64,000 nt of DNA, taken from the NCBI GenBank assembly GCA_012026655.1, contig JAAILG010001033.1, forward strand, positions 1 through 64,000, written 5' to 3'. Source of the stretch: Hydrolagus affinis (taxonomy: Eukaryota). The notes below the pieces were generated by a model that had not been told where the DNA came from, did not search any database, and saw only the letters and a program-made list of their open reading frames with translations. Positions 1-10,668 of this stretch are shown here, piece by piece. How positions within the stretch are numbered: position 1 is the first letter of the stretch; every line of letters begins with the position of its first letter. Both the position numbers and the translations under genes were made by a program.

Positions 1-292
1 CCCCACCATCGGAGGCCGGGCCTTCAGCTTCTCCGCTCCCACCCTATGGAATTCCATCCCCCAATCCCTCCGCCTTGTTTCTTCCCTTTCCTCTTTCAAG
101 GCCGGTTTGAAGACTTTCCTTTTCAACCGTGCCTTTTGTTCCCCCCCTAATTTTTCGACCTCCCCTATGTTTTTTACCCCCTCCCGAACACTCCCCTCCC
201 AGCTCGGGTCACATGCTTCCTTTGCAGTGCCTTGGGACGTCCTCCCGACGTGAAAGGCGCTCTATAAATCTAATTTGTTGTTGTTGTTGTTG
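1..292 (+). mobile_element. L2-clade LINE 3' end (ORF2 C-terminus, 3' UTR, (TTG)n tail)
   Basis: Translates to PTIGGRAFSFSAPTLWNSIPQSLRLVSSLSSFKAGLKTFLFNRAF, a typical L2 ORF2 end. Followed by gtgccttgggacgtcctcccgacgtgaaaggcgctctataaat and (TTG)n. Confidence 0.9.
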
Positions 293-443
293 TTGGATTG
301 AGTGACCAAATTATTATTTATTTTTCTTGAGGGATTATTATCAGGCATGTGTTGTAAGGAGTAAGATTTTGTCCTGCCGGGAATCAATCCCAGGTCTCTC
401 ACTTGCAAGGTGAATGCTCTAACCACTGAGCTACAGAACTCCT
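293..443 (-). mobile_element. tRNA-derived SINE, family A, 5' half
   Basis: Reverse complement reads GTAGCTCAGTGGTTAGAGC (A box) ... GGATTGATTCCC (B box). Matches the full copies at 45904 and 62495 and is cut off at the L2 tail. Confidence 0.85.
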
Positions 444-1019
444 TCAATATGATCCTTGTCTTCTATATGTTCCTTGTCAATGAAGCCAAATTGTTGTTCA
501 GAGCAAAGACTTGAAAAGGTAGTGCAGTCACTGAGGGCATGGACTCTCCCACTCAGCTACCGTTAACCCTGTAAGTGAAAGCCCTAATGGATAGGGTCGT
601 CCTAGTGGGAAAGCTGACAGACAATGGCAACCATTGTAGTTTTAACTATAGATTCCAGCAGTACCTCAACAAATACTCTGGGGTCCCCAAGCCTTGGCTC
701 TTTCCAACCTGTGGCTAATAATCTCTGGAATTAGGCAAGTAAAATGCACATTCCATTTCAATAAATATCTCTGGAATTATAAGTGGGATGCATGGAAGTC
801 TGTTTGGTTTGGATACTCTTACACCTTGTGATGAATTTCTCCATGTTTTGGACACCTTTCTGACCAAAAAACAATTAGTGTAAACCTACCGCCACATTAC
901 TTTAGGATAAAATTAAGTTTTAATCTAACACTTGACAATGTAAAGATACATGTGCAATGCATCACATGCCAGCGGAAAGAGCCAGAGGAGAAAAAAAAAG
1001 CCAAAGAAAATTAAGGTTG

Positions 1020-1370
1020 GAGGGATAGGGAGTGATTTAAATACAAGAGTAATGGTCTTCAAATCGTTCTGTGAAAGTGAGCCAATGGAGTTTGACTAGG
1101 ACTGTAGAGACAAAGATGAGAATGTGGGCAGCAGAGCTTCGAGTTAGTTGTATTTTGTGAATAGTGGAGCTGGGGAGACCAGGGTTGTTTGAGTCGATGA
1201 GGTCGAAGGTGTGGACGAGGGCTTCGTCAGCTTTTGGAGTGAGATGTGGATAGAGGTAGGCAATGTGACAGATGTGGAGGAAAGAAGGGACAGGAACCGG
1301 ATGTGGGTATGAAGAATAAACTGTATCATTTGCACATGACAGCCTGCAAGGTCGGTATTGGGAAAATAAT
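1020..1370 (-). mobile_element. Degraded L2 ORF2 fragment
   Basis: Minus-strand peptides IAYLYPHLTPKADEALVHTF, GLPSSTIHKIQL..SAAHIL, LVKLHWL and KTITLVFKSL follow L2 C-terminal motifs, with frameshifts. Confidence 0.75.
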
Positions 1371-2029
1371 GCCCGAATGCTCTACTACTATCCGTGACTG
1401 GCACATCAGGCAGATATCTCTGTTTCACTTACAATGTTTCTCGAATGCCTTTTGCTTTTACTCCATTCAGAAATTATTAAGAGTGGTCTTTCCAAAATAT
1501 CTCAATGTGTTTTTTTTAATATAAAAACTGCTTAGGAGTTTCATTGTGATCCTTCTGGGCAGATCTTCAGCCACTGCACTTGTGTGTGTGTGGTTTTTTT
1601 TCGCGCCTTTGACAGTTATTGCACTGAAAGAAGATTTTAATAATTCATGATGCCAGCTTGAGCTGGTGTGCTTGGCAGCAGCCCATGTAGAATCTACAAT
1701 GAAAATAATATCATTGGACTCTGAGTCAGGTGTCTCTGTAAGATCCCAATGTGTGACATCAAATGCTATGAATCGTTGGTGGTTTCAATTCAAACTGAGA
1801 CGATTCTGCAGGTAGGGTCGACAATGCTGCTTCTCATCTAGAACATTGCATATTTAAAGTTTAAAAATAAACCATGTCCGTACAATTTCCACTTGCCTGA
1901 ATCATTTTGTGTGGATTCAATAATTCAACTATCTACAAACTATAGCTTTTTAACCCTTCCTTCTCATTTGGAAGAGAATATTTTCTTCATAGGTTTCTGG
2001 AATTTTAATTGTCCCAGCTTTATACTATC

Positions 2030-2297
2030 CAAGGCTCCATCCCCCTGTTGATATGGACGTGAAAATTCTTATGGCACTGTTCAAAAAGAGAAGGGAGTTT
2101 TCATAGTGTCTTGGCCAACAATCCCCAGATATAATTGGTCATTAACTTCATGCTTGTTTGTGAGATATTGCTGTGATGAAATCGGGTGCCTTGTTCATTT
2201 ACAAAACACACAGTCACCACACTTTTACAGTGGATCCCATGAATGCTTTGAAACCTTCTCTCATTGTGAAAGCACCATGTCAAATGCAATGATTTAT
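2030..2297 (+). mobile_element. Old Deu-domain SINE, family B, 3' half
   Basis: tggcactgttcaaaaagag...ttggccaac...tttgtgagatattgctgtg...aaatgcaa. Homologous to the copies at 3212, 13730 and 14345. Confidence 0.7.
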
Positions 2298-3029
2298 GTC
2301 CTTAATTGTGAGACAAAATAATCTTACAGGGTAAGCACAGGTAAACTTATAGACCTCTTGTAGGGGGAACAAAAACTAATGCAAAATGAGAGGCAGTACT
2401 TCTGGGGTGATAAATAAAAAGATGTCTCAGCCGCAACTTATAAAGGTATTTATGAGCTGGAGATAGAAAACCTGAAACTGGAAACTTATTTCCCTTAATT
2501 TATTTCAAACCCTCCTTGCTAAATAACAAATCAAGCCAGCAGTTTACCACTTGAAATTCTGTTTCAAAGATGCGATTTGTAATATACTATTTTGAAACTG
2601 AATTATTGATTGATGTTGGAGTGCAATCTTCAAGGTGATGGAACCGAGGATGAGAATCTGTGTCTTTTGGGATTCTGGCTTCAGAGACACAAAAATGGAT
2701 TTATCGTGAAGCTTCTTACTAATCAGCATAACAAAGGGCACTCGGACCACCAGGCGACATGAATGTTATTTCCTGAGCTACCACCCTAGACAATCAGAGA
2801 CCACAGATGTGAGCCCATCAGTCCATTAAAACGACGCAAAATCCTCAATATCGGCACTACCACCACCAATACCATAAGGTCAGCTGTAAGACTGCTGACA
2901 CGATGACACAATTGACAAATCTGTATGGTTACAGAGAATTCTGATGTTTATGTATACTCTGCATGTGTGTCTGGATCATTGAGCTAAGTGGAAAGGTTTC
3001 CATAGGATGAAGGTGTATACTTGAAGAAG

Positions 3030-3200
3030 AATGCGACTCTTTTTCAAAAGGGTTTTCAAAGCACACAGAGAGAATGGAAGGCAGTGGTTTTTTGGAGGGA
3101 GTTCCACAGAGTGGGGAATATAATGTCTGAAAGATTGACCCCCGAGAGTGAGATGGAATGAGTGCTAGATGTGTGGTAGGCCAGAGTTTACAGAGTGGAG
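3030..3200 (-). mobile_element. Degraded L2 3' fragment
   Basis: Minus strand gives GGQSF..., LWNSL and LKTLLK motif remnants. Confidence 0.5.
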
Positions 3201-3211
3201 TGGTGAGGTAG

Positions 3212-3640
3212 TAGTCCTTGCATTTGGTAATTGTGCCATTATCACATGGGAAGGATATCTCTGTGTGCTTCATAGGATTTACTGTGAAATGCAGTGACTG
3301 TATTTTGTAGGTGTATGCGGCAACCAATTTGTACATAGCAATATTCCTCAAACAGCCATGGTGTGAGTGACCGATTTTATTTGACGGATTGTTGGCCAGG
3401 ACCCCGAGAGAAACTCACTTCTCTTTTCAAATAGTGCCATGGGATCTTTAACGTCCGCCTGAACAGGCAAAAAGGACCTGAGTATTAATGTCTCATCCGA
3501 AGAACGGCATCTATGACAATGCAGCACCACATTGGACTATGTGCACAGTTTGGACTATGTGATTCCAACTCCGACATGGGGCTTGAATACCACAACCTTC
3601 TGATTCTGAGGCAAGAATGCTTCCACACCTCAGGCTGAGC
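3212..3640 (-). mobile_element. Old Deu-domain SINE, family B (SacSINE1/AmnSINE1-like), near full length
   Basis: tRNA-like head (cagaaggttgtggtattcaagcccc), central aatagtgccatgggatctttaacgtcc, Deu core, and an L2-like tail aaatgcaagga. Several homologues in the window. Confidence 0.8.
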
Positions 3641-3889
3641 AGATTAAATGAGCGGAGTGTGACAAGGGCATGGAGGGACATATCCACCTCTCTATATACA
3701 CACACTGCTTTAAGTGAAATACTGTATTTCTCAACCATAAAGATGTTGAATTTATTTTTGTTGGAAATAAAGTTGAAAGTAACGTAACTTAGACAATTTA
3801 TACTTTTCAGTTTATTTGACCACTTGGTCCTATTTGATACTGTATAATTTTGCGCTTAATCATGCACATTTTATATTTCTCTGTTGCAG

Positions 3890-4029
3890 GGTAATAGTTA
3901 CATCCTCTCCATAAACTGTGCTGGATACATAACTGTCAAGCATAGTATTTTTCTGTGAGCATCTATTACATTTTGTACCATGAAAATATGTATTCCATCA
4001 TGACTGTGTTGCATTAGATATTGTTAGAA
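3890..4029 (+). other. Candidate 140-nt non-coding exon
   Basis: Acceptor ttttatatttctctgttgcag| with branch-like gcttaat. Donor GAA|GTAAGT. Stop codons in all three frames. Confidence 0.35.
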
Positions 4030-6539
4030 GTAAGTGCTGAGGGTATCTTTGCAGTAAATAAGGATGCACTGGATTATATTAAACTAAGAAATTGCTATGT
4101 GATGAACGAGAAGATACTGATAACACTATCTCGTTTTAAAAAATATATATTTCCATTCGGTTGAATTGAGGATGTGTAGTTCACTTGCATCGAAAGCAAC
4201 TTTTATTTATTTGATAAAAGATTCCAGGAACATGCATAGATATTAATTACAAAAGTTACTTTGCTATCCTTTAGCTTTCAGCAGGTGTGTCCTATTTGGT
4301 GAAGCAGTAAATCTGTAAACTCATCTCTGCCAACAGGCTAACATCATTCCCCTGGTAAAAGCATCTGAGCAGCATGCACACCAGACTGACGACTATGCTT
4401 GATGTAAAACTTACCTTTAGTGACCTCCAAATGCACTGGAACCAGCAAAGCAAATTGATATCTTTTCTGAAACACAGTAAATTCACTTTTTTCCTGGAAC
4501 ATTTATCTCAATTGAAGGCAGGTTGGATCAATCTTACAAGTATTTCAACTACACTCCAACTTCAAAACCTCTGATAAACAAGGCACAAACCTAATCTTTT
4601 ATATTATTTTGCCTGCAATAAGTCTCACATTGCGTTAAACATCTTTCAGTTCACAAGAAATAATACTTGGGTTTTATTGTGGACATTTATCCCGACTACT
4701 ATAACCTTTTTCAAAACTCCATTGGTGAACCAGGTCAGGAAAATAATGCTTTGTAGTGTTGCAATCTGCTTTTGCATATTATTACGCACATGACTGAATT
4801 TTTAGTGAAGCCGAGCGAGCAGGCAGTTGTACATAGATTTAATCTGTTCTGTGCTTGAAATCTCTGAACCAGAAGCAAGTCTTCCACTTTGCATTGAAAG
4901 CTAGCTGTAGTAAAATATGCCCATCCCCAATTAGCTTGCATTACTTGTTAGGATTTATTCTTTTAATCGGAACAGTGCCAGAAATAGCGGAATAACTAAA
5001 AATCGGACCTTGTCAATATGTGCCTTGAAAGTGCAAAATAGGTTAATGTTTCAGGTCCGACCCTCAACATTTGCCTTTTTATTTGTGTGCAGAGTTAGTT
5101 TAGCACTATTAAAGTTGGTAGTTTTATGCAATCTTGGCTAAAGCAACGTACAATTAAAGACTGAGTGCATACTGTGGGCTTTTCGAAAACCAAATACATG
5201 TAATAATCATTGTTACATTTCATATTTCGGTACATTTCATGTTAAGATGGCTTCACAGGATGTAATGTTAAATGCAGTGACTGGGTCTTTTGTAGGTAAA
5301 CATGGTAGCTACAATGCAGCCCCAAGCAGAAAGATGGAATTTCATAGTTTTCATCATGTTACGCAAACAACATTTACCAGGAATGTGTTTGTGACCAGTA
5401 TGAGACATTTTTTGTACTGCATGTACTTGGACAGTATTTTTAAAATATATTGTAATGTATAACTCATATGTTCAATGACCACTGCTAATAACATTCAATA
5501 ACACATACAAATTACAAAGCTCTATATTGAAGCATGCCATTGGGAAGGAGGTGTATAAACCTTGAGTCTGCACCTCCGTCATAGTAAGTGGTTGACAGTC
5601 TTTTTTTCTAAGTGTGTTAGAGCCAAGTACATACGGAATAAGATCTGGATTTGATAAGTTTCCTGGCCACATCCTACACATCCTGAGTGTTTTTGTTTTG
5701 TCTTATTTCTGTTGGTTTAAGATTGTAATCAATACACAGATCCTCTTTCTTCCAGTCCTGCACAAACCAGTCATTTAGCCAGTGTTTTGTGCAAACGCTA
5801 TTTACATAAAGGAGGTGCTGGCTTTGTTTGATTTGTCCAATCCTCGGGGAAAACATGACCAAGTGTACTGTTTAGAAGTCATGTACCCGTGACAGGAGCA
5901 GGAAACCGCTCGATTTGTAGATATTGTAAGAGTCTGGGAAGGAAGGTGAGACTCATGCTGAAGGTAGCAGAATTTTCCAATGACTAGTCATTGAAGAGGT
6001 TCATAATAGTTATTCCATCTATTTCCTTTAACTGTACCACTTGGTCCAGGTGGTAATGAAGGGGATGAGATAACAAAGATGTTTGTGAAGATACACATTG
6101 ACTCACTCTCGTCAATTTAATACTTTATGTGGACATATCACCACTGAGCTCGCAGAATTGATTTATCAATAATCTCACTAATTATTGTAGAGCAGAGCAG
6201 ATGAGGGAATGTATTTTGTCTAAAATGTTGGTTATTTTCAATATAGAGTGTTATGATAGTACTGTGACAAGTACCCTTGTCAGGGTCTAATTTGATCCTA
6301 TTACAATGTTCCAACACTGAGCCAGTTTTACATGACATTGACATTCTTGATGATGACAAATAGCACACACATTATTATGAATTCTTACCCGTGTGCCAGA
6401 TTTTACAGCCAATTTACCGTGTTTTTTTTTCTCTTCCCCACCCCAGTGTAACTTTTTAATGAGAAGCTCAAAGGACTGTGATGTGTAACCTCCAAGATTG
6501 AAAAGAGTAAGTGAAAAGGCTAGGCAGAAGACTTGTATA

Positions 6540-6965
6540 TTAATAATCCTGGCATTTCAAATAGCGTCTATTTTAAGGACATCTCAAAATGCTTCACAGT
6601 ATTTACAATGAAGTGTAGTAACTGTAAACTTTGCAGTTGAAGGTGGCAGCTAATTTGCACACATAAATGTCCTGCGATTACATAAATTACCAATTTTACC
6701 AGAGGGATTGCTGATCAGAACACTGGGAGAACCTCCCTTCTCCTTTTGAATAATTTCATCGGATCTTTAACATTCATCTAACAAGCTTAGTTACCGGACT
6801 TTGGTTTAACATCTGAAGGACTGTACTTTCAACAGTGTAGCACATGCCCAGCACTGGGTTGGGGGTGTTAATCTGGATTTGTGACTTCAAAGTGCCAACA
6901 GGGCTTGAACCCACAACCTATAGTCTTGGGGGGGACAGTCCTACTCACTGAGCCAAGCTTGACAC
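6540..6965 (-). mobile_element. Old Deu-domain SINE, family B
   Basis: Runs from taataatcctggcatttc (tail) to gggcttgaacccacaacc...actgagccaagcttgaca (head). Confidence 0.75.
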
Positions 6966-7321
6966 GGTCCTGTACCCTAGTTGTGGGAACTGAGTGGAGG
7001 TCAGTGGAGTATGGAACTACCTTAATTTTTAATGGTTTATTTCAATGATTTGCTGGATTCGTCAATAGCCACATTAATTCACTCAGGAGATTGCAAATTT
7101 TGTTTGTTTGTTCAACGTAAAATGGTTCATTCAACTGAAATATTTTTAGTGGTTTGGAGAAAGGGTTTAAGTGGAACAATAGACCGTAAAACATAACCCA
7201 GTTCTATAAATGCAACATACATGTAAGTACATTTAGTTAAGTCGAATGCATTTAGTTAAGCTTTACAAAACCATTTTATTGGAGTGTAGTAAATAAAATG
7301 CAGACAAAATTGAAATGCAGA

Positions 7322-7340
7322 TTGTGCCATCTAGTGGCTA
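7322..7340 (-). promoter_or_regulatory. CTCF motif (strong)
   Basis: Reverse complement TAGCCACTAGATGGCACAA fits the core CCASYAGRKGGCRS without mismatch. Confidence 0.55.
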
Positions 7341-8026
7341 CACAAATCCTAAGCACCTTCATGGGGTGCATTCATTCTTATTGTCCACATTTGAATATTG
7401 CTTGCTAATCATTCCAAGAAATGAAAATTGCATTTTTATGTTTCTATTGTATCAAAACACCTCAAAGAACTCCCTCCGCAGGTAGTTGGTGGTTGTCAAG
7501 CATAATGACTGCTTTCTGTTGGCAAACATGGCATCCAATTGTGCCAGCAAAGCCCACAATCGGCCCTCGTGAGGTGAATGATAAACTAATCTGGAGGATT
7601 GCTGAACAAGACACTTTTCTTCTCTTTTGGTACAGGGTCACGGAACAGACAGAACAGTGGCCTCCGTTAATGTAACGGGCGAAAAGCAACACCTCTGACA
7701 ATCGGATCTCCTCCAGCACCCTGTTGTTTGTCAGTCTAGACTGTGAGCTCCTGTCCCAATGTGAGGATTGAGCCGACAATCTTCTGACCCAGAGGCTACC
7801 AAATGAGACACCGAGAGGCTTTAAACTTAAACCGTTCACTCTAATCAAACCTCCACAATTTAAAAAGCCACGCTGCATCTTATTTGTGCGAGTTTGAGGT
7901 GAATTGTTTTGCAAAATGATGCAGTTGACCATGTTATTGTGTTCTCTGCACATAATATATTTTACAATAGTAAAACATAATGCGAATCAACACTGGATGG
8001 GAGGTTGAACACTCAGAATAATGTTA

Positions 8027-8045
8027 TACTGACACCTATTGGCCA
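8027..8045 (-). promoter_or_regulatory. CTCF-like motif
   Basis: Reverse complement TGGCCAATAGGTGTCAGTA, with two core mismatches. Confidence 0.4.
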
Positions 8046-8541
8046 AACATTGAACAATAGTTGGTTTTGCTCAAAATCTAGGCTCCATTTTTTCCCACAT
8101 CGTACACTATATGTGAATAAATTCTACCTCTTGATCAATTTCATGCCCCTTCCATAATTTGCCTAATTATACATAAATATTGTCATGTTATTTTGATAGT
8201 ATGTATACGGTGGTGGTGGGATGGGTGGGGGGGTGGGGGGCAGTGCTCCGCCCTTGCGGCTGTTCAAAAAAGGAATGAACTCAATTCTAAAGGAGTCTAA
8301 CTTTTGACTCGCATGTTTTATGGTTTAGCTGAAGTCTTTGAAATCGGTCAGGCAAGATCAACCTCTACCGACACTGATGGCTGCCATTTATTGGTTTATT
8401 TTTATACGCGCAAGCTTCCATTTTGCTTATAATGATTGATTCCATTAGTTTCCCATTAATTGAGGTCAGCAGTTGCCAGGTGTGGGTCAGTAGTTGCAAA
8501 GCGTAGCTCTGTCACCCGATTTGCATGTGAGAATCACACTG

Positions 8542-8846
8542 CAGTAAAATCTCGCTAATCCGTCTCTGTTGGGCCCAACGCAAACTCCCGGATTTCGGAG
8601 TTTGCCGGTATTTCGAAACTATCGAGAAACGGCCACTGCAAAACACCGTGTGAGCTGTAAACACAGCACCGAAGCCAAACGATGCCTGAGCTCCGCCCAC
8701 AGCGCCCGGATGACAGAACGGCGACGCCGTGAACCACAAGCATCTGCTCCGAACTTCGGGAGATTTGCCGGGCTTGTATTTTGAATTCCTGCCGGTTTTA
8801 GGGAGATGCCAGCGTTCGGAATTGTCGGATTATCGAGGTATTACTG
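8542..8846. mobile_element. Tigger/pogo-type MITE, 305 bp
   Basis: TIRs cagtaaaatctcgctaatccg (8542-8562) and cggattatcgaggtattactg (8826-8846) match at 18/21. Flanks are TG and TT, consistent with a decayed TA duplication. The interior is GC- and CpG-rich. Confidence 0.75.
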
Positions 8847-8894
8847 TTGCTTTCCTCAATATGACAGTCAACGATTCACCGATATATTCTAATA

Positions 8895-9020
8895 ATATTA
8901 ATAATGATCTTTGCATTTGGCGTGGCTTCTTAACGCGTTGTTGAGACATCTCACAGCGCTTCACAGGATAACCTGCCAAGTGGATGGCCTGTGTATTTTG
9001 TGGCGAAAAACGACAAGCAG
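8895..9020 (-). mobile_element. SINE 3' tail fragment (family A-like)
   Basis: aataatgatctttgcatttg...gagacatctcacagcgcttcacag...tgtattttgtggcgaaa. Confidence 0.7.
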
Positions 9021-9431
9021 TGGCGGTTGTCCTTCAGATGAGGCATTAAACTGAGGTCCCATATGCCCATTCAGGTGCACGTTAGTTTTAAATAACTTGG
9101 GTTTGTTTTGAATGTGGTCACAAGATCCCAGTACTGCATTAAGGTGCATTCGATGGTAACTGTACTGGTTGCAAAACCTTTTTTTTTAATCCAAACCAAT
9201 AATTTTGTAGTGTGCAATGTTTGTCATTTGCAGTCTGTGGGCTTAATCTGCTTCTGAAACGTTGAATGTGTTCGCAGTTTTGTAAAAGAGAAAAAAAAAT
9301 TGCCTTATTGGCAGTTCTGACAACTGTTCTGAGTTGAGAATGTTGATGAGAAAGTTATTTGATTTATTATTGGAAAAAAACAGTAAATAAAACCCATTAT
9401 GGGCATTTTAATGAAATAGCTGTCATTTTTA

Positions 9432-9450
9432 TGTGTGTGTGTGTGTGTGT
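9432..9450. repeat. (TG)n microsatellite
   Basis: Read directly from the sequence. Confidence 0.95.
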
Positions 9451-9519
9451 ATGGTGCATGTATGTCTGATCGATTTATTACTAATGTATTTTATATTTTG
9501 TCTTTCAGTAAACACTGAG

Positions 9520-9584
9520 ATGAAAACTTACCTCATATTTTGTTTTATGTTGGGAAGTTATTTAATGTGCCATGACATTTCAAG
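9520..9584 (+). CDS. Candidate first coding exon of a 62-aa hypothetical peptide (exon 9509-9584)
   Basis: Acceptor ttttgtctttcag|, ATG at 9520 encoding MKTYLIFCFMLGSYLMCHDIS (signal-peptide-like), donor AAG|GTAACC in phase 2. No homology recognised. Confidence 0.3.
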
Positions 9585-9849
9585 GTAACCTTTTCAATGT
9601 CTCATTTCTTGAAAAATCTCTTAGCTCTGTAGAGGTAACTTTTATAAAAGATTGCACAAATTTGTAACCAAGGCTCATTCTAACATTTCTCCTACATCTC
9701 TGGAGATATTGTTTTCATATCATATAAATAAGAATCCTTGCATTTCAGGAGGATGTCTCAAAGTACTTCACAGGATTTATTCTAAAATGCAGTCATTGTG
9801 TATTGTACAGTCTTGAAGTGAATGACCAAAGAGCCTACCAAAAGAGGAG

Positions 9850-10270
9850 GATAATAATGATCCTTGCATTTGACTTAGCGTCTTATTCTTCGAGATGTCT
9901 CAAAGCGCTTCACAGAATAGACTGTCAAGTGAATTGACTGTGTATTTTGTGGATACAAATGTGGCAACAACAACAAAAAAATTACATTGATAGAGCACCT
10001 TTCACGTTGGGAGGATGTCCCAAGGCAGCCAGTTGTGCACAGCGGTGTCCCACAAATAGTCACGGATTATGTGACCAATTTTTTTTTAAGGGATTATTAT
10101 CCCTTGATAGGTGATTCGCCAATTGATTAACAACTGGGTTCCTACATACTGTCCGGTAAATAGAGGCCTGTAGAATAAGGAAAATTGCCCAAAGTTTCAC
10201 CCTGTCCAGGAGTCGGACTCAGGTTCTTTCACTATAGAGGAGAGTGCTCTAATGACTGAGCGAAAGGGCT
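9850..10270 (-). mobile_element. SINE family A, interrupted
   Basis: Runs from tail ataataatgatccttgcatttg to head gagtgctctaatgactgagc. Split by an L2 tail at 9967-10027. Confidence 0.85.
9967..10027 (-). mobile_element. About 60 bp of 5'-truncated L2 tail nested in a SINE
   Basis: acaacaac...gcacctttcacgttgggaggatgtcccaaggca is the reverse complement of the L2 tail at 226-292. GGCA occurs at both junctions. Confidence 0.8.
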
Positions 10271-10544
10271 ATAGTGGTTAGACTATAGGATCACTATACA
10301 TGTTTATTTAAGTACCAAATGGCAAAGGGTAATGTTTGTTTAATATTTGGCCTTCATTTTGTTTGTAAGCTCGTCTTTATTATTTGCCTTCAAGCACTGG
10401 GAAAGCTGGCAAACGATAAAAATATAGTTTGGGCAAAAAAGGAATGCAACTTTAATCTTTCAACCTATCGTTTAAAGGACATTTTACAAATCATGTAAGC
10501 AGATTCAACTAAATGAATTACACAAGATTTTATTTTGTTTGCAG

Positions 10545-10668
10545 GATTCGGTTCATTTCAGAGCTGGGCCTTACAACATCAAAATTTATTTGGATTCCTG
10601 AAGACATTACTAATTTATCCAGCAGAAGGCAGAGTAACACCAAATATAAACAGTGGATCAGCAGATGA
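10545..10668 (+). CDS. Candidate second coding exon of the 62-aa hypothetical peptide
   Basis: Acceptor ttttattttgtttgcag|. In phase with 9584 it reads RIRFISELGLTTSKFIWIPEDITNLSSRRQSNTKYKQWISR*. ATTAAA at 10848-10853. Confidence 0.27.

Noticed and set aside
3204-3216. TGAGGTAGTAG let-7-like start, plus partial miR-122, miR-137 and miR-217 matches at about 3654, 47612 and 31382
   Set aside because: The matches end after about 9-12 nt and no precursor hairpin is apparent.
2929-3351. 140-aa ORF
   Set aside because: Reads through a SINE tail and an L2 remnant out of frame.
4098-4135. C/D-box snoRNA-like GTGATGA...CTGA (also about 47600-47712)
   Set aside because: Box spacing is wrong or the terminal stem is missing, and no rRNA guide complementarity was recognised.
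4415-4466. 52-nt minus-strand exon with good splice sites
   Set aside because: No partner exons and no recognisable peptide in either open frame. Cannot be told from a pseudo-exon.
7462-7953. Longest ORF in the track (163 aa, minus strand)
   Set aside because: No recognisable domain, no supporting splice context, and a composition typical of a chance ORF.
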